From: the human T2T-CHM13v2.0 reference genome, Homo sapiens
DNA length: 64,000 nt
Reading direction: 5' to 3' (one strand)
Assembly: GCF_009914755.1 (NCBI RefSeq)
Contig: NC_060947.1
Part shown: in pieces, positions 18,583 to 35,915 of the stretch
Position numbering within the stretch: position 1 is the first letter of the stretch
Layout of the letters: every line of letters begins with the position of its first letter
Notes under the pieces: model-generated
What the model was told of the DNA's origin: nothing
The model's input: the letters and a program-made list of their open reading frames with translations, nothing else
Databases searched by the model: none
Made by a program: the position numbers and the translations under genes

Positions 18583-18779
18583 TTAAATGTTAAGCACATG
18601 TTAACCCTCACCAAATCTCTGTGAAGTAGATACTGCTCTTTTTTTATAGGTGGTTACAATGAAGTTTAGAAGTGTAAAGAAACTTACCCCTGCTCATGAA
18701 GCTTGTGAATGCTCTAGTCAAGATTCAAACCCCAATCGAACTTCAGCACCTGACCTTTGTCATCAACGCCCCGCAGGAC

Positions 18780-19075
18780 CATAGGCTTTTCTCTGAATCC
18801 TGAACTCAAAAAACTCTGAAAATTGAATTTCTTTTTCATATATTTGCTGCCACAACTCATTTTGTGGCAAAACCAGACCTGAACTGACTTGATTCCATAG
18901 TCCTTATCCTACTTACTGGAAATGTTCACGTATTTCACTGCAGCTATGTTGTGGCTCTCTAATACTCTGTATTGTACAATGTATGGTATAGACTCCTTTT
19001 TACCTTCCTAAAATTGAAAAACCTTTAAATTCTGAAACCATCTAGATCTGCAACTTCTAGAGAAGAGATGAGAAG
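18780..19075. mobile_element. MER46C-like Tigger relic
   Basis: aaactctgaaaa...actcattttgtggcaaaaccagacctgaactgac...atttcactgcag. Confidence 0.6.
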
Positions 19076-19254
19076 CTGACTATGGCCACCTCACACCTGC
19101 CAGCCAGCTCTCACTGCTCACAACATGCTCGTATCCTGTGACTCCTAACAGGCTGCCAACTTGGAAATTTAAACATGTATACTTTCATTACCCTCAAAAA
19201 CTCATAATTGTGAAAAAATTATTAGTTCATACTGATACTCCCAGTTTCAGTTTA

Positions 19255-20293
<1,039 letters not shown>

Positions 20294-20518
20294 TCCCACA
20301 GTGAGAACATCAATGTTTCTTTTGTGATTTAAAGATAATTTCCTTTCTGTTTAGCCAGGATGCAAAGTATTTTTCCTGGCATGTGAAAAGCTAGACTTTT
20401 ATTTTAACTTAGATAATAGGGAATTCATTTTATAATGAGATTCACTGTGATAAATATCAGCAATTTTATTGCATTTAAAATTAAAATTATATTCATCCAG
20501 AACCTTTTAGGAATAATA

Positions 20519-21309
<791 letters not shown>

Positions 21310-21949
21310 TGACCAGAGTCATTTTAAATGTTAATTGCCTAAGGCCAAATGAATGTGTATAGAATAGATGTTGGAAGGTCATTGTGGGGGCATTACACCC
21401 CTTCTCCTCTTACTTGAAGTGGGTATTTGGGGATTGAGGTACTTATCACAGTGAAAGTATGAAGGAGAAAAGTGAATCATCATTTAGTTAAAAGATTTAC
21501 CAAAGGCCTTCAATATACTCACTTAGGATGAGGGAAATGAGGGATGGATTATTTCAGACTTTCATCTTTTATTGTAACTTTTTTGAGAATGGAGAAGGGG
21601 GTCAGGGATGAGTGGGGAAGAAAGGTTCTGCAGATTACTTTCTAGCTAGGTTCTTTTTTTCAAGTTTTATTTGGTAGGGAGAGCAAATGAATAAACCAGA
21701 ATATGACTGGAAGTGTTAGAAAATTGGATTCACTTCTGAATCTCTGACTTGCTGCCTTCATGACGTACAGAAGAATAAGGAGAGTTTGGAAGAGAAAATT
21801 GTTAAATGGCTCTGCTCGTCTCTCTCTGGGCCTGGCCATGATGTTGCCCATTTCTGTGCAGCCTCCAGGGAATATGGAGCAGCAAAGAGGCCTAGGCAGG
21901 GCGAGGGAGATGGGATGGACCCCTCAATACCACGGAGACCGGAAGGACC

Positions 21950-22150
21950 AGTGTTTGTCCAACACTTGCTCCGTGTCAGCCTCCATGCACAGTATCACAT
22001 TTAGTCCTTACACAAACTAGTTTTATCCCCATTTTACAGATTAAGGCAGCTGAGACTCAGAAGTGAAGAAGCTTACCAAAGGTTTCACAACCTGCAAATG
22101 GAGGAGTTGGGGCTGGAGAACATTTCTGTCTCCAAAGCTCATGCCTTTTC
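21950..22150 (-). mobile_element. MIR
   Basis: ttatccccattttacagattaaggcagctgagactcagaagtgaag. Confidence 0.65.
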
Positions 22151-23036
22151 TATCAGGCCCTCCACTCCCAGCCACCATGGAGTTTCCAGCAGGGCTGGGG
22201 GTTGCAGGCCAGGCTGATGCTAGAACTCTTCCTGCCACATGACAGCAGGGGAAAGAGCTCAGGTTTCCTCTTTTAAGTGGCCAGGTATGTTTCCTCTCAT
22301 GGCGTCTTGTTTATGTAAATTTTATGCACAGCTAGCTCAGGGAAGCCTCCAGAAGGCACTGACCTCCTTCCTTATGGTCAACCCACATCTTACCCTCTCC
22401 GATGTGGCATGGTAGATCACTCTGCCTCTGAGTATACCCAGGAGATAGTTTCTCTGGCATGTTTCTCTGGCACATGCCAACCCTGTGTCTCAGTCAGAGC
22501 CCCTCCTCTGGAAGCACAGGGTCTCTGGGGTCTGTGGCTACTTCCCAGAGGGGCAGAGCTATGGTCCCTGAAGAAACACACTGGAGGAAAATCTTAGGAA
22601 ACAGTTGGCACACACAGTAGGTAAATAATTGTGAAATGAATGGATCCGTTGCCTCCTGGAAAGCCCTATGAATGGGAGTGGATTTACACGTTCTGTTACC
22701 TTTGTACTTGGCAGTTTTCCCATGGTGTTTATTTGAAAACAAGTTCAGATTATATCCCAGGTCACTTTTGTATTGCCGCTGGTAACACTAGGAACGTTTT
22801 TGTGTTAAGAAAAAAAAACTGCTTTCAAAGTTGCCTCTTGTAATGAATGTTCTTTTTCTCTGCTAATTAACTTATTTTCTTGAACTTGCTATTTCAAAGG
22901 ATAAAAATTCAACTAGAGACTGCAGGATTATTTAATTTTCTCTTTCCAACCAGTAGTAACCGTGCTACCGTGGGAGCACTTTATTTCTCCATCTGTTAGA
23001 CTATAAAATCATGGAACATTTTTCATGTCTTAATAG

Positions 23037-23178
23037 GGAGAGATAATGCATGTGAGAAAACTTCATATATGTTTCTACGAAAGGAACTTCCTGTGCGGCT
23101 GGCTAACACAATGAGAGAAGTTAATCTTCTGCCGGATAATTTACTTAACCGCCCTTCAGTGGGATTGGTTCAGAGTTG
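23037..23178 (+). CDS. PDK3: PDK3 exon 2
   Basis: ttaatag|GG AGA GAT...AGT TG|gtaagt; encodes [48 protein letters not shown]; 142 nt. Confidence 0.97.
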
Positions 23179-23709
23179 GTAAGTAAACAATGTGGCTTAA
23201 AATGGATCTTCCCACAATGCTGTGAACATTTGGCAGCGAGACCATTCTCTGTAAAAGTGCACATACTGCCCGTCTAGGTAGGAATGAGTCATTTGGGATA
23301 GCTGGGTTTTCCATGCAATTAAAAGTTGTTTTGTTTTTTTTCTTTTAGAGCTGTTTGTTTTAAAGTTGTTTTAATGAAAATGCTTGTTAAGTTATACTAG
23401 ACACTTTCCTGAGTTTTTCTTGTGTGTGGTGGGATTGCAGTTCTTCTGACAGGATATTTGCTGCTTTTATCAAGTCTTAACCTTACTCCTTTCGTTTTCC
23501 TTGTAAAGACATTCCTTGAAGTCAGTACTTCTTGTAGAACAAATTAAGTCATTTAAAGGGGAACCTCAGATTGGAAAAATATCAGTTCCCTCCTTTGCTT
23601 CATTTGCTCCATGAAAAGTAGGAAAAATTTTGACAGAGTATAACATAAACTTAAATCAGTTATAGCTCTGATGCTTAAAGCATATGTCATTTAACTGAAG
23701 AAGTTGAAT

Positions 23710-24290
23710 TTGTGACACAAAGTCCTGGGCCACCCGTGCTTTTGACTGAGTGGCTAGACATTGAGTTTCCATGCCCCTTTTCTCAGATTTGATAATTTGC
23801 TAGAACGGCTCACAGAACTCAGGAAGATACTTCACCTATGTTTATAGGTTTATTAGAAAGGGTACAATTCAGGAACAGCCACATGGGAGAGATGCATAGG
23901 GCAAGGTATGGGGGGCCACATGGAGCTTCCATGCCCACTCTGGGCACACCACCCTCCCAGTACCCCCATATGTTCACCAACCTGGAGACTCTCTGATGGT
24001 CGTTCAAGGGTTTTGATAGAGCTCAATCTCCAGCCCTCTCCCCTCCCCAGAGGTTGAGGGTAGAGCTGAAAGTTGCAGTCCTCGAATCACTTGGCCTTTC
24101 TGGTGACCAGCCCCATCCTGAGGCTATCTAGAGGTCCCGTCCTAAGTCACCACATTAGCATAAACTCAGGTGTGGTCAAAGGCGGCTCCTTATGGATAGC
24201 AGAAGACAATCCTATCATTCAGGTAGTTCCAAGGGTTTTGGGAGCTCTGTCCAGGAAGCAGGGACAAAGACCAAATGTACTTAAATGTGT
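23710..24290 (-). mobile_element. MER21-family LTR
   Basis: gataatttgctagaacggctcacagaactcagg...agagatgcatagggcaaggtatggg...cattagcataaactcaggtgtgg...gacaaagaccaaat. Confidence 0.75.
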
Positions 24291-24588
24291 TATATTATTC
24301 CGGCAAAGTATAGGCTTGAACAAATTGCTATGTCAACTCTATTGTTTGGTTTTTGTCTTTTAACTGTTCCTTTTCCGTATCCATTCCAAACAAATGCATG
24401 CCATTTCTTCCTTCTTGTTTCTTAAACATTCTATTTTGAAATACTTTCCTACTTAACAGAAGGGTTGTAAAACTGGTAGAAAGAATTCCAGTATACCTTC
24501 ACGTAGATTCACTAATTGTTAACATTGTTAACATTTGGCAACGTTCTACCATTGTCATTCAGATTCTCTCTCTCTGTCTCACTCTCTG

Positions 24589-24591
<3 letters not shown>

Positions 24592-24621
<30 letters not shown>
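24592..24621. repeat. (CA)~15 microsatellite
   Basis: Direct reading. Confidence 0.95.
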
Positions 24622-24626
<5 letters not shown>

Positions 24627-24867
24627 TGCACACATATATATAATCTATGTCTATATATGGTACACACACCCATATATGGTACACATACACGATGTCTACA
24701 TCATGCCCCTTTGCCCTAAATACTTTAGCATGTATTTCATTGGAACAGGTCTCAGAAAACCACAATGTGATCATCAAATTTGGGAAATTTAACATTGATA
24801 CAGTAATGTCTTCTAATATGTAGAACTTGTTCTCACTTTACTACTAATTGTCCTGATACTACCCCCA

Positions 24868-24869
<2 letters not shown>

Positions 24870-24910
<41 letters not shown>
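24870..24910. repeat. T41 homopolymer
   Basis: Direct reading. Confidence 0.95.
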
Positions 24911-24912
<2 letters not shown>

Positions 24913-25062
24913 AGTTTCTCCTCCTGATTTAGGAATCCACTTCAGGATCATGCATTGTGTTTCACTGCCATTTTTTCCTTTTAAAAGCGAATCTTATGCA
25001 TAATGGGCTGTGACCCCCACCACCATCCCCTTGGTCACAGTGTGTCCTCCTTGCTCTCTTGA

Positions 25063-25397
<335 letters not shown>

Positions 25398-25574
25398 CCA
25401 GAATAATCTTTGGCTCCCTGCTATTTATGACTTTCTCCAACTGTCCCCTTTGGAAAGGACAGGATGCCTACCTAGCTTGCTTGCATGTGGCAGGGCGGAG
25501 GGCATCACTGGGGCTGGCTGGCTTTGACCTCTTGGCGTTTTGACCCAATGATTTTAACAATATCTAATCCATAG

Positions 25575-25903
<329 letters not shown>

Positions 25904-26534
25904 CCCCAGAGACTTTTAAAAAGTATGTCCATCAATGAACATTCATTAGTATCAAATGCATTGTCCAAAGTTCACATGAAGCTGATGAATCAAGTGGCAT
26001 TCTCATTGGAGTATTTATATGTGTAACAGTCATTTTTAGTTACTAGAGTGTCCTCATCCTCTATCCAAAGGTGTAGATAATAGGATTAGTGGCAATTAAA
26101 GCTTAGAAATAATTAGAATAAAGGGATAATTCTTTCAGGACATGTTAAAACCCCAAATAGAGATCACATATCTCTAATTGGAATATCTGAATCCCCACCA
26201 GATCCAACAGATCCTGGCTGGATATAGCTGCTGCACTAATGGGCCTCTCTGGATCTCATTTTTCTGTGTTCTCCAGATTTTAATGTTGGACAGACTGTTT
26301 CTTATACTGGCCCTGATTGAGATATGGAGCTATTCTTAATCCAGAAGCTGTTTCTGAGGGTTTAATTGGCCTTCTTTCTCCCCCATTAAGTACTGATGAA
26401 ATTAATTTAACTCAGAAGGACCCTTCTTCACTTCTAGTTTCTAAGTTCTTGGCAGGCACTTCAGTGTCACACATGTGTTTCTTAAAATGTATAAGTACAT
26501 TTTTGGTAATCAAACTGTAGACTTGGTATATAAG

Positions 26535-27108
26535 TTAGGATATGTCTGTTTGTAAGTAGAAAAAATGCAACCGAACCTGGCTCATGTCACTAGAAGGTCC
26601 AGCCGTAGGGTGAGCTTTTGGTGTTGGTTTGATTCAGAGATTCATGAAGCTATCGAGGCCCTGCTTTCGATGGTGCTGGCTTCATTTTCAGACTGGATTC
26701 CCCCCTGGTGGCAGAATAGCTGCAGCAGTTCCAGGCTTCCAATCCACACAGCACTGCACAAAAGCAGAGCAGGTTGATTTCTCTGCCAAAGTCCTCTAGC
26801 GAGTCTTTTCTGTCATTTTACTGGCCTGAATTGAGACAGTATGTCCATTCCTGAGCCATTCCCTGTGTTCAGGGGAATGCACACAGTGATAGGCTTAGAC
26901 CTAAACTATTGGGCTAATGAATAATTAGTGACAAGAGAAATAGAATTGCCCAGAGAAAAATGGGACCACCCAGGATCTTTGGAGGCACTGGCTTCCCTGA
27001 TGCACTTAAGCCACATGGGGGATGCGGATGGGATGGAGACCTGAGTGAAATTTTGGAGTGTTCTTAGGAAGAGGGAGAGGAGGGGTGGATGCTGGGCAGG
27101 CAACTAAC
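26535..27108 (-). mobile_element. Ancient MLT1 (K/L-like) LTR
   Basis: atagctgcagcagttccaggc...tggcctgaattg...tgtccattcctgagccattccctgtg...ggatgctgggcaggcaa. Confidence 0.55.
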
Positions 27109-27147
27109 ATAGTAACTCTTCTTTTTCTTTTTTTTTTTTCCTTTTAG

Positions 27148-27219
27148 GTATATGCAGAGTTTTCTTGAACTTTTAGAATATGAAAATAAGAGCCCTGAGG
27201 ATCCACAGGTCTTGGATAA
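27148..27219 (+). CDS. PDK3: PDK3 exon 3
   Basis: ttttag|G TAT ATG...GAT AA|gtaagt; YMQSFLELLEYENKSPEDPQVLDN; 72 nt. Confidence 0.97.
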
Positions 27220-27501
27220 GTAAGTATGGTACCACTTAGCTGAAAGTAAAAATATCTAGGTAAGAAAGATTTTGGTAAATGTAATTCAAGTCATTAAGAC
27301 TCAAGGAGTATGAATGTGGACAAAAGCGTTCATTTTCTTAATGAGTAGTGACTCAACATTGAGTTTTTTTTTTTAATTCGAGCTAAGAATGTAACACAAT
27401 ACAAAAGTAATGATGACACTTTCAGTTTTGCTTTTATGATCTAATACTTAATACCTTTACCCAAGGTGAACTGGGCAGTCACTATAAACACTGCAGTAAA
27501 T

Positions 27502-27532
27502 GTTCCATCTAGTGGTAGTTTTAAGAATGCAG
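27502..27532 (-). promoter_or_regulatory. Candidate CTCF site (core plus upstream motif)
   Basis: Minus strand CTGCATTCTTAAAACTA-CCACTAGATGGAAC. Confidence 0.5.
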
Positions 27533-27959
27533 TGGCCTTTTTATATACATGAATTTATCTACTCAATCCTTTACAATTAAAAAAAAAATTTCAATAGGAT
27601 ATTACATTTGAGCTCAAAAACTGTAGTGGTTTTATTTTGGAGAGGCATAAAAGTATGTTTTTTTATATAGCAACCTGAATTCTATTGCTCCCTTTATGCA
27701 CAGACTGGCAAATTATCATGCTGATGAGATATTTCTGTTTTTCATTTTTATTTATCCCAGGAACACTAACTCTAGCTGTGAGTATGTTTTCCCCTCCAAG
27801 AGAAATTAAATATCCCTTTCACATTAATTTCTTCCTGTTTCATGTATATGTAAGTGGATGCATATGGTAGGCCTGTTGTGCTGAGAAATTTCTAAGTATA
27901 AACTAGTCCACATAGTTATGAGACTGAACACCTGACTTAATAGATGTTCCATAAGAAGA

Positions 27960-28110
27960 ACTAGGGAAACACCATGTTATACAAGCAACCTTAGGAGGTA
28001 TTTAACCCAGTCCTCTCAATCCACAGATAAGGAAACTGAGTTCAGAGATGTGAAGTGACTTGCCCAAGATTGTGACCGTTCATAGCAAAGCTGGACCTAT
28101 AAGCTATGTT
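27960..28110 (-). mobile_element. MIR
   Basis: acagataaggaaactgagttcagagatgtgaagtgacttgcccaag. Confidence 0.7.
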
Positions 28111-28437
28111 TACATCTGAGCCATGAGTAGCTAGTTCTAGTCTAGTTGTAAACTAAAATTCAAAGGAAAAACAAAAGCCCTCACCTATTTTATACTTTGT
28201 TGGGTGTTTGTCTGATGGATCTGTGAAGTGTGGAAGGCAGGGAAGCATTGGGTTAGAGCCCCAGATGTAGCGTTTTCCTTGATATAAGCCACTGCTGTCA
28301 TTTAAGCGATTATTAAATGAATTCAATCCAGGAGCTTTGTTTTCTCAAAAGTCATTAGCTGGTAACCGTTTGGCAGAAATCCTAAAACCTAGGGCTGACC
28401 ACTGTAGCTCCAAATTTTAGAACAAATTTGTAGAAGT

Positions 28438-28765
28438 ATAGTTGGTCCTTTGTACTGGCAGTTTCCACATCCTTGGATTCAACCAGCCACAGATCGAAAA
28501 GATATTCAGGAAAAAAAAAAGCAATAAAAAATAACAATGCAACAATAAGAAATAATACGAAATTTTAAAATACAGTCTATCAACTGTTTACATAGCATTT
28601 ACATTGTATCAGGTATTATAACTAGTCTAGAGATGATTTAAAGTATCCGAGAGGATGTGAGTAGGCTGTATGCACTATTTTAGATAAGGGACTTGAGCAT
28701 CTGAGGATTTGGGTATCTGCGGGGATCCTGGAACCAGTCCCCTGCGGATACTGAGAGACGACTAT
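28438..28765. mobile_element. MER2-family MITE
   Basis: ttccacatccttggattcaaccagccacagatcgaaaa...ggaaccagtcccctgcggatactgagagacgacta. Confidence 0.8.
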
Positions 28766-29399
28766 ACACGATGTTAAATTTCTGCTGTGTTTTTCCTGGA
28801 GTCCCGTCTCAGTTTCTGGAACAGGTTATCCGATGTGATTTATGGCCACGAGCCTGCTTTGCAAACTGTCAGTGCTGAATCCAGTGTGTGCTTGACCATA
28901 GCAATAATAGCTGAGCTCTCACTCCGTGAGTTTTGTAGCTTGCCTAGGTTCATGTGGTTAGTTATGATAGTTGGCATTTGAGAAGGCTGATGTTCTTGGT
29001 GAAGGAAGGAGTGAAAGGTGAGCGAGTATCATGGTAGCAGCCTTTTCTGTTTACCAAGAGGTTGTATGGGATCACCAGCAGGGAAATCATTTTAGTAAAG
29101 CAAAAGTAGCTTAGAGGACAAGCTTGTTGATCATTTATGATAGAGTTTAGAAGAGCCCGGAAGATTGGAGGAGAATTCTGAGCATTGAGCCATTGAGGTA
29201 AGTCTCCCCACTTCAGATAAGTTGAGGCACTTCTCTACTATAATGAATCGTTTCACTTTAGTAATATTTAACTTACAAATACATTGCAACGAGTATTACA
29301 TAAAGGACAAATTGTCTATTATAAAATTTTTTGTGAATGACGATGGCCTAATTTCAGAGTTTTACATCTTTATTGTCATTGTAGTATGTATTTGTTACA

Positions 29400-30850
<1,451 letters not shown>

Positions 30851-30925
30851 CTGTCTGCATTTCATCACTGTATTTTACTGCTGCGAGATATTTATTTCCA
30901 AATTTTACTCTTAAACTGTATGAGA

Positions 30926-31216
<291 letters not shown>

Positions 31217-31656
31217 TTATTCATGGAAGCTATTGCTTTGAGATTGCTTTAATCAGTCCTTGGAGATTTTGTGGGGATTGTCCTCATGTTCTCAGAAGAA
31301 GTACTGATATGTTCTGCAATTCTTTATTCAACTTTTATAGAACCTGTGTTATATGCAATCACTTATCCAAAAAGTCAGTGGATTCCTAAAAGGGTATTTG
31401 AGCATTTTTTTTCTGTACTAGAACCTTTTACTTTTTGCACTTCTGAAAGAAGGGTTTCTGTAGAAAAAAAGTTTCAAGCAAAAACTTGGCTCATACTTTA
31501 GTTTCTTGTGGGTGGTTCCTTGTTCTATGTAGTAAGAATAATGTCTCTACTTATAAAAATACCAGCAGACAACTAGTCTGGGGACAGAGCTGGGAAGTCT
31601 GTGCATCAGCCCATGAGATATTAAGACTGACCACGTTTTGTTTCCCTCTCACACAG

Positions 31657-31841
31657 CTTTCTACAAGTTCTGATTAAAGTCAGAAATAGACACAATGATG
31701 TGGTTCCTACAATGGCACAAGGAGTGATTGAATACAAGGAGAAGTTTGGGTTTGATCCTTTCATTAGCACTAACATCCAATATTTTCTGGATCGGTTTTA
31801 TACCAACCGCATCTCTTTCCGCATGCTTATTAATCAGCACA
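31657..31841 (+). CDS. PDK3: PDK3 exon 4
   Basis: acacag|C TTT CTA...CAC A|gtaagt; [61 protein letters not shown]; 185 nt. Confidence 0.97.
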
Positions 31842-33538
31842 GTAAGTTGGAGTTTGTTGGTCCAGTTTTGAAAAGGTAACCATAGTGATTTCTCCCAAAT
31901 GTTTTCCTGTTGTTAATTTACTGACCTGCATTTTTGGTTGTAGAAATTTCATTTCTAGTTCGGTTTTTCCTAAGTGAATCCTAGCCATTACAAAGCTATT
32001 AATTTGTATTCTTGGTTAAAAGAAATGTTTGAAAGGCTTTTATGAGGCTCACATTAGAGACAGGACCACTGCCTACCTTTTAAGTCTCTGCTGATACAGT
32101 CCTGATGGGGATGAGGGACCGCCTTTAATGGCAGCCGGCCTTCATCTCTGAATACTTTTATGTATCTCAGATTGTATTATTTTCTTTATCCAGGATATTA
32201 TGTGTTTTCCTTTTTAGTTTTAAAAACATTGACACTGGAAATATTGAATTGGATGTTGGTGATAGGAGCCATCAGTTCTTTATTTCACAGTGATCAGTGA
32301 AGTCAGATTAAGCCAGACTGTCAGTCCATAATCCCGTATTGAGAGTTTTAGTCTGCTCTTGAGGGTACTAAGCAGATATGAAAAAAACAACTAAAATTCC
32401 CTCCACACAAAAAACTTTTTGGCTCATCTTCAGCACTGTCTCTTTGGCTGATTTTATAATCCTTGAGGAAAAGCATCCACATGTCTAGAGCATAATTCAC
32501 CCTGTTTGCTGCATCACAAAGTGGACAAACCATCTTTATTTTAGTAATTTGATTTATTTGGATAACTGAATGTTATAGAACTATTAAATGTGGCCTTATA
32601 TTAAATGTATATCTTCAAAATGGAAATGTATGACAATTTACAGGAATAAAAGAGCCTAAATACTGTTCAACTAAACTACTTAGATAACTCCAGTTGCTTT
32701 CTGATCTAAATACACATGTACACATATATACGTGCATGTTTTTAGATCATTAGTTAGGCCTACACATCTCTGTTTTTCTTCCCCTTAATCAGTTCGAACT
32801 TTATTAATTAGCCTAATGCCTGTATTTATCATTTTTCATAGTTTAAAATCTCCCCTATTTTATTTAGGCATCCTTCTTTTGTTAGTCGCAATTTTTGCTT
32901 GATTTAAAAATAAGAACACCTATAAATATTTGGATGCAGATTGCTTTTTTCTTTGGGGCTTCTTTTGGCTTTTATTCAGAAACAAAATTTTGCAAATCTT
33001 GTATATTGTGAAATTATCTGAGTGTATTTTTAAAAATACTTGAACAAGTATTGTTTGTGTACACAACATTGAAACATAATCTCCATGGGGGAGGCATCTG
33101 AAATGCTGCCAGCGAAGACACTTTGCAAGCTTGTCCAAATGGTATAGACCACATGTTCTAAATATTTAATGAAAGTTGGAGTATGTGTCTGGAGTAGTAC
33201 TAAGAAGGTGGGTATACTTGACTAAGGATGAAAGTAAGTTTCTTCATCCATGTCACATTGGGAGAGGAAGAACGGATTGGGCACCTGGCACGTGTCACTG
33301 CTTTAGAACCTGCTGACTGCAACTGACAGACCTTAAACCACATCCTCCTCCTTCATTGACCAATAAGAGTTGTTCACCCATCAATTGTGTGTATTCCATT
33401 GCTCTAAGTTGCTGTGGATGCTAAAATGATTTTTACACATAAGATATCCTTTCTAAACATAAGCCCCTATATTTCCCTGTGTGACCATCCCAGCCTGCTG
33501 TGTTTTAATCCCCTCCCTTTCCTTTTGTGTTCGTCTAG

Positions 33539-33628
33539 CACTTCTGTTTGGGGGTGACACTAATCCTGTTCATCCTAAACACATAGGAAGTATCGATCCC
33601 ACCTGTAACGTGGCGGATGTGGTGAAAG
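33539..33628 (+). CDS. PDK3: PDK3 exon 5
   Basis: gtctag|CA CTT...AAA G|gtaagg; LLFGGDTNPVHPKHIGSIDPTCNVADVVK; 90 nt. Confidence 0.97.
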
Positions 33629-34984
33629 GTAAGGAGACCGTTGTAATGGTATCGATCGTAGTTCAAATTGGATTGTGGTTTATTGGAGGCAGCTTGGCTA
33701 TAGGGTTATTTTGCAGTGCAGTCTGCTGATTCATCAGGTCACTCTGGGCCCAAGCCACTGGATCCAGATGAAATGTTCTTTCTAGGCAGTTCAGGTAGGC
33801 AGTTCTTTCTAGGCAGTTCAGCATAATTGGTAAGGCTCAAAATGTGAGTTTCTACTTTATTGATTAGAGTTTCATTTGTAGTTCTGTCTCAAACAGTAAA
33901 CATTTAAGTAAGATTCTGATTGCCACTGTTATCTGAAAATTTCAGAGAATCCAAATTCTTATCATAAAATTAGGTTGAATTCACGTGTCTATAAAATTTA
34001 AACATATTTCTGTTGTTCACATCTGGCTTTAGAATTTATGTGGCATGTAAGCTTCATGGGTTCATTGGACTTTAAGCTAGACATTGTTCCAGTATCCTCC
34101 GGGAAGAACCAAGCCCTATATCCGTAAGTCCCTGGTACCCAGGCACTTTGAATTTGAACAGCAGTTTCCTCATTATTTATTCATTTAAGATCAATGCTAT
34201 CTCCAAGAAACCTTCCTGGTTGTGAGCGATCCACCAGGTACCTCTTCAGTTTTCTTCATTGTTACGGTTACTTTGTGCAACCTCAGATCCCCAAATTGTC
34301 CCTTTCTGCAGATTGTATCTCCTGTGTTGGCCTTTATCTCCCTTCTTTAAACGCTCACCTCCCAAGTTTCATGGCTGCAATTCTCTCTGATCTTCATCAA
34401 GGATCTTCATTGCTCTTCAGCAGCCATAGCAAAGGAAAACCTCTGTAATTTGTTTACCCTGGGCATTCCTAAACCCAGGGAGGAGGACCAGACCTGTTGG
34501 TTTTAGCTTAGCCTAGGATTGTCTGGCTGCCCTGGCCTCTGTTGAGTCACAACAGATTTACTCACATTATTTCAGTTGTAAGGTGAATCAGCCCAGCCTC
34601 AGCTCTAGGAATCCTATTGGTTGCTCTCTCACAAGATAACTTTGTGGTTGATCAGAACCTCCAAAGGCCTCCGGGGGCAAGGAGGAAAGGGTCAGTCTTA
34701 TCATAGCTTACATGTTCATTAGGCCTTAGCTCAGTGCCTTTTATGAAACAGAAAACTTGGTTCAGACAGTTGATTACCCCTTTGAGAAAAAGGCACAATT
34801 TAGAAAGCAAAAGTGCATTGTGATATATGGTATGTGTGCATTTTCTCTTGAACTGTAACCAATTTGAGGTCAGGGTTTGTGTCTTATATTTGTTTTATAA
34901 CTTGCATAGAACCAACTGTAGTGCTTGTGTAGGTGATTAATAAATATTCCTTAGTTTGATACATTTTAAATCTTTTGAGAATAT

Positions 34985-35745
<761 letters not shown>

Positions 35746-35749
35746 GTTA

Positions 35750-35915
35750 GTTGGGTGATCTCAGACTTGATTAAGTAACCTCTTTGGGGCTCAGATTCTT
35801 CATCTGTAAAATGATGCTCTTGGTAATTCACCTATATTGTAGAGTTAAATGAGTTCATATTTGTAGAACCCCTAAAGCAATGCTAGTACACAGTAAAGGC
35901 TGTAGACAGGTTTAC
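35750..35915 (+). mobile_element. MIR
   Basis: ctcagattcttcatctgtaaaatg...gagttaaatgagttcat. Confidence 0.6.

Larger units (their letters stand above)
24425..24970 (-). mobile_element. Old L1 (L1MC) fragment containing (CA)n and poly-T
   Basis: atgcccctttgccctaaatactttagcatgtatttc...ggaaatttaacattgatacag. Confidence 0.6.

Noticed and set aside
33481-33729. ORFs 33481-33729 and 54496-54684 as standalone genes
   Set aside because: They are PDK3 exons 5 and 7 read through into flanking intron.
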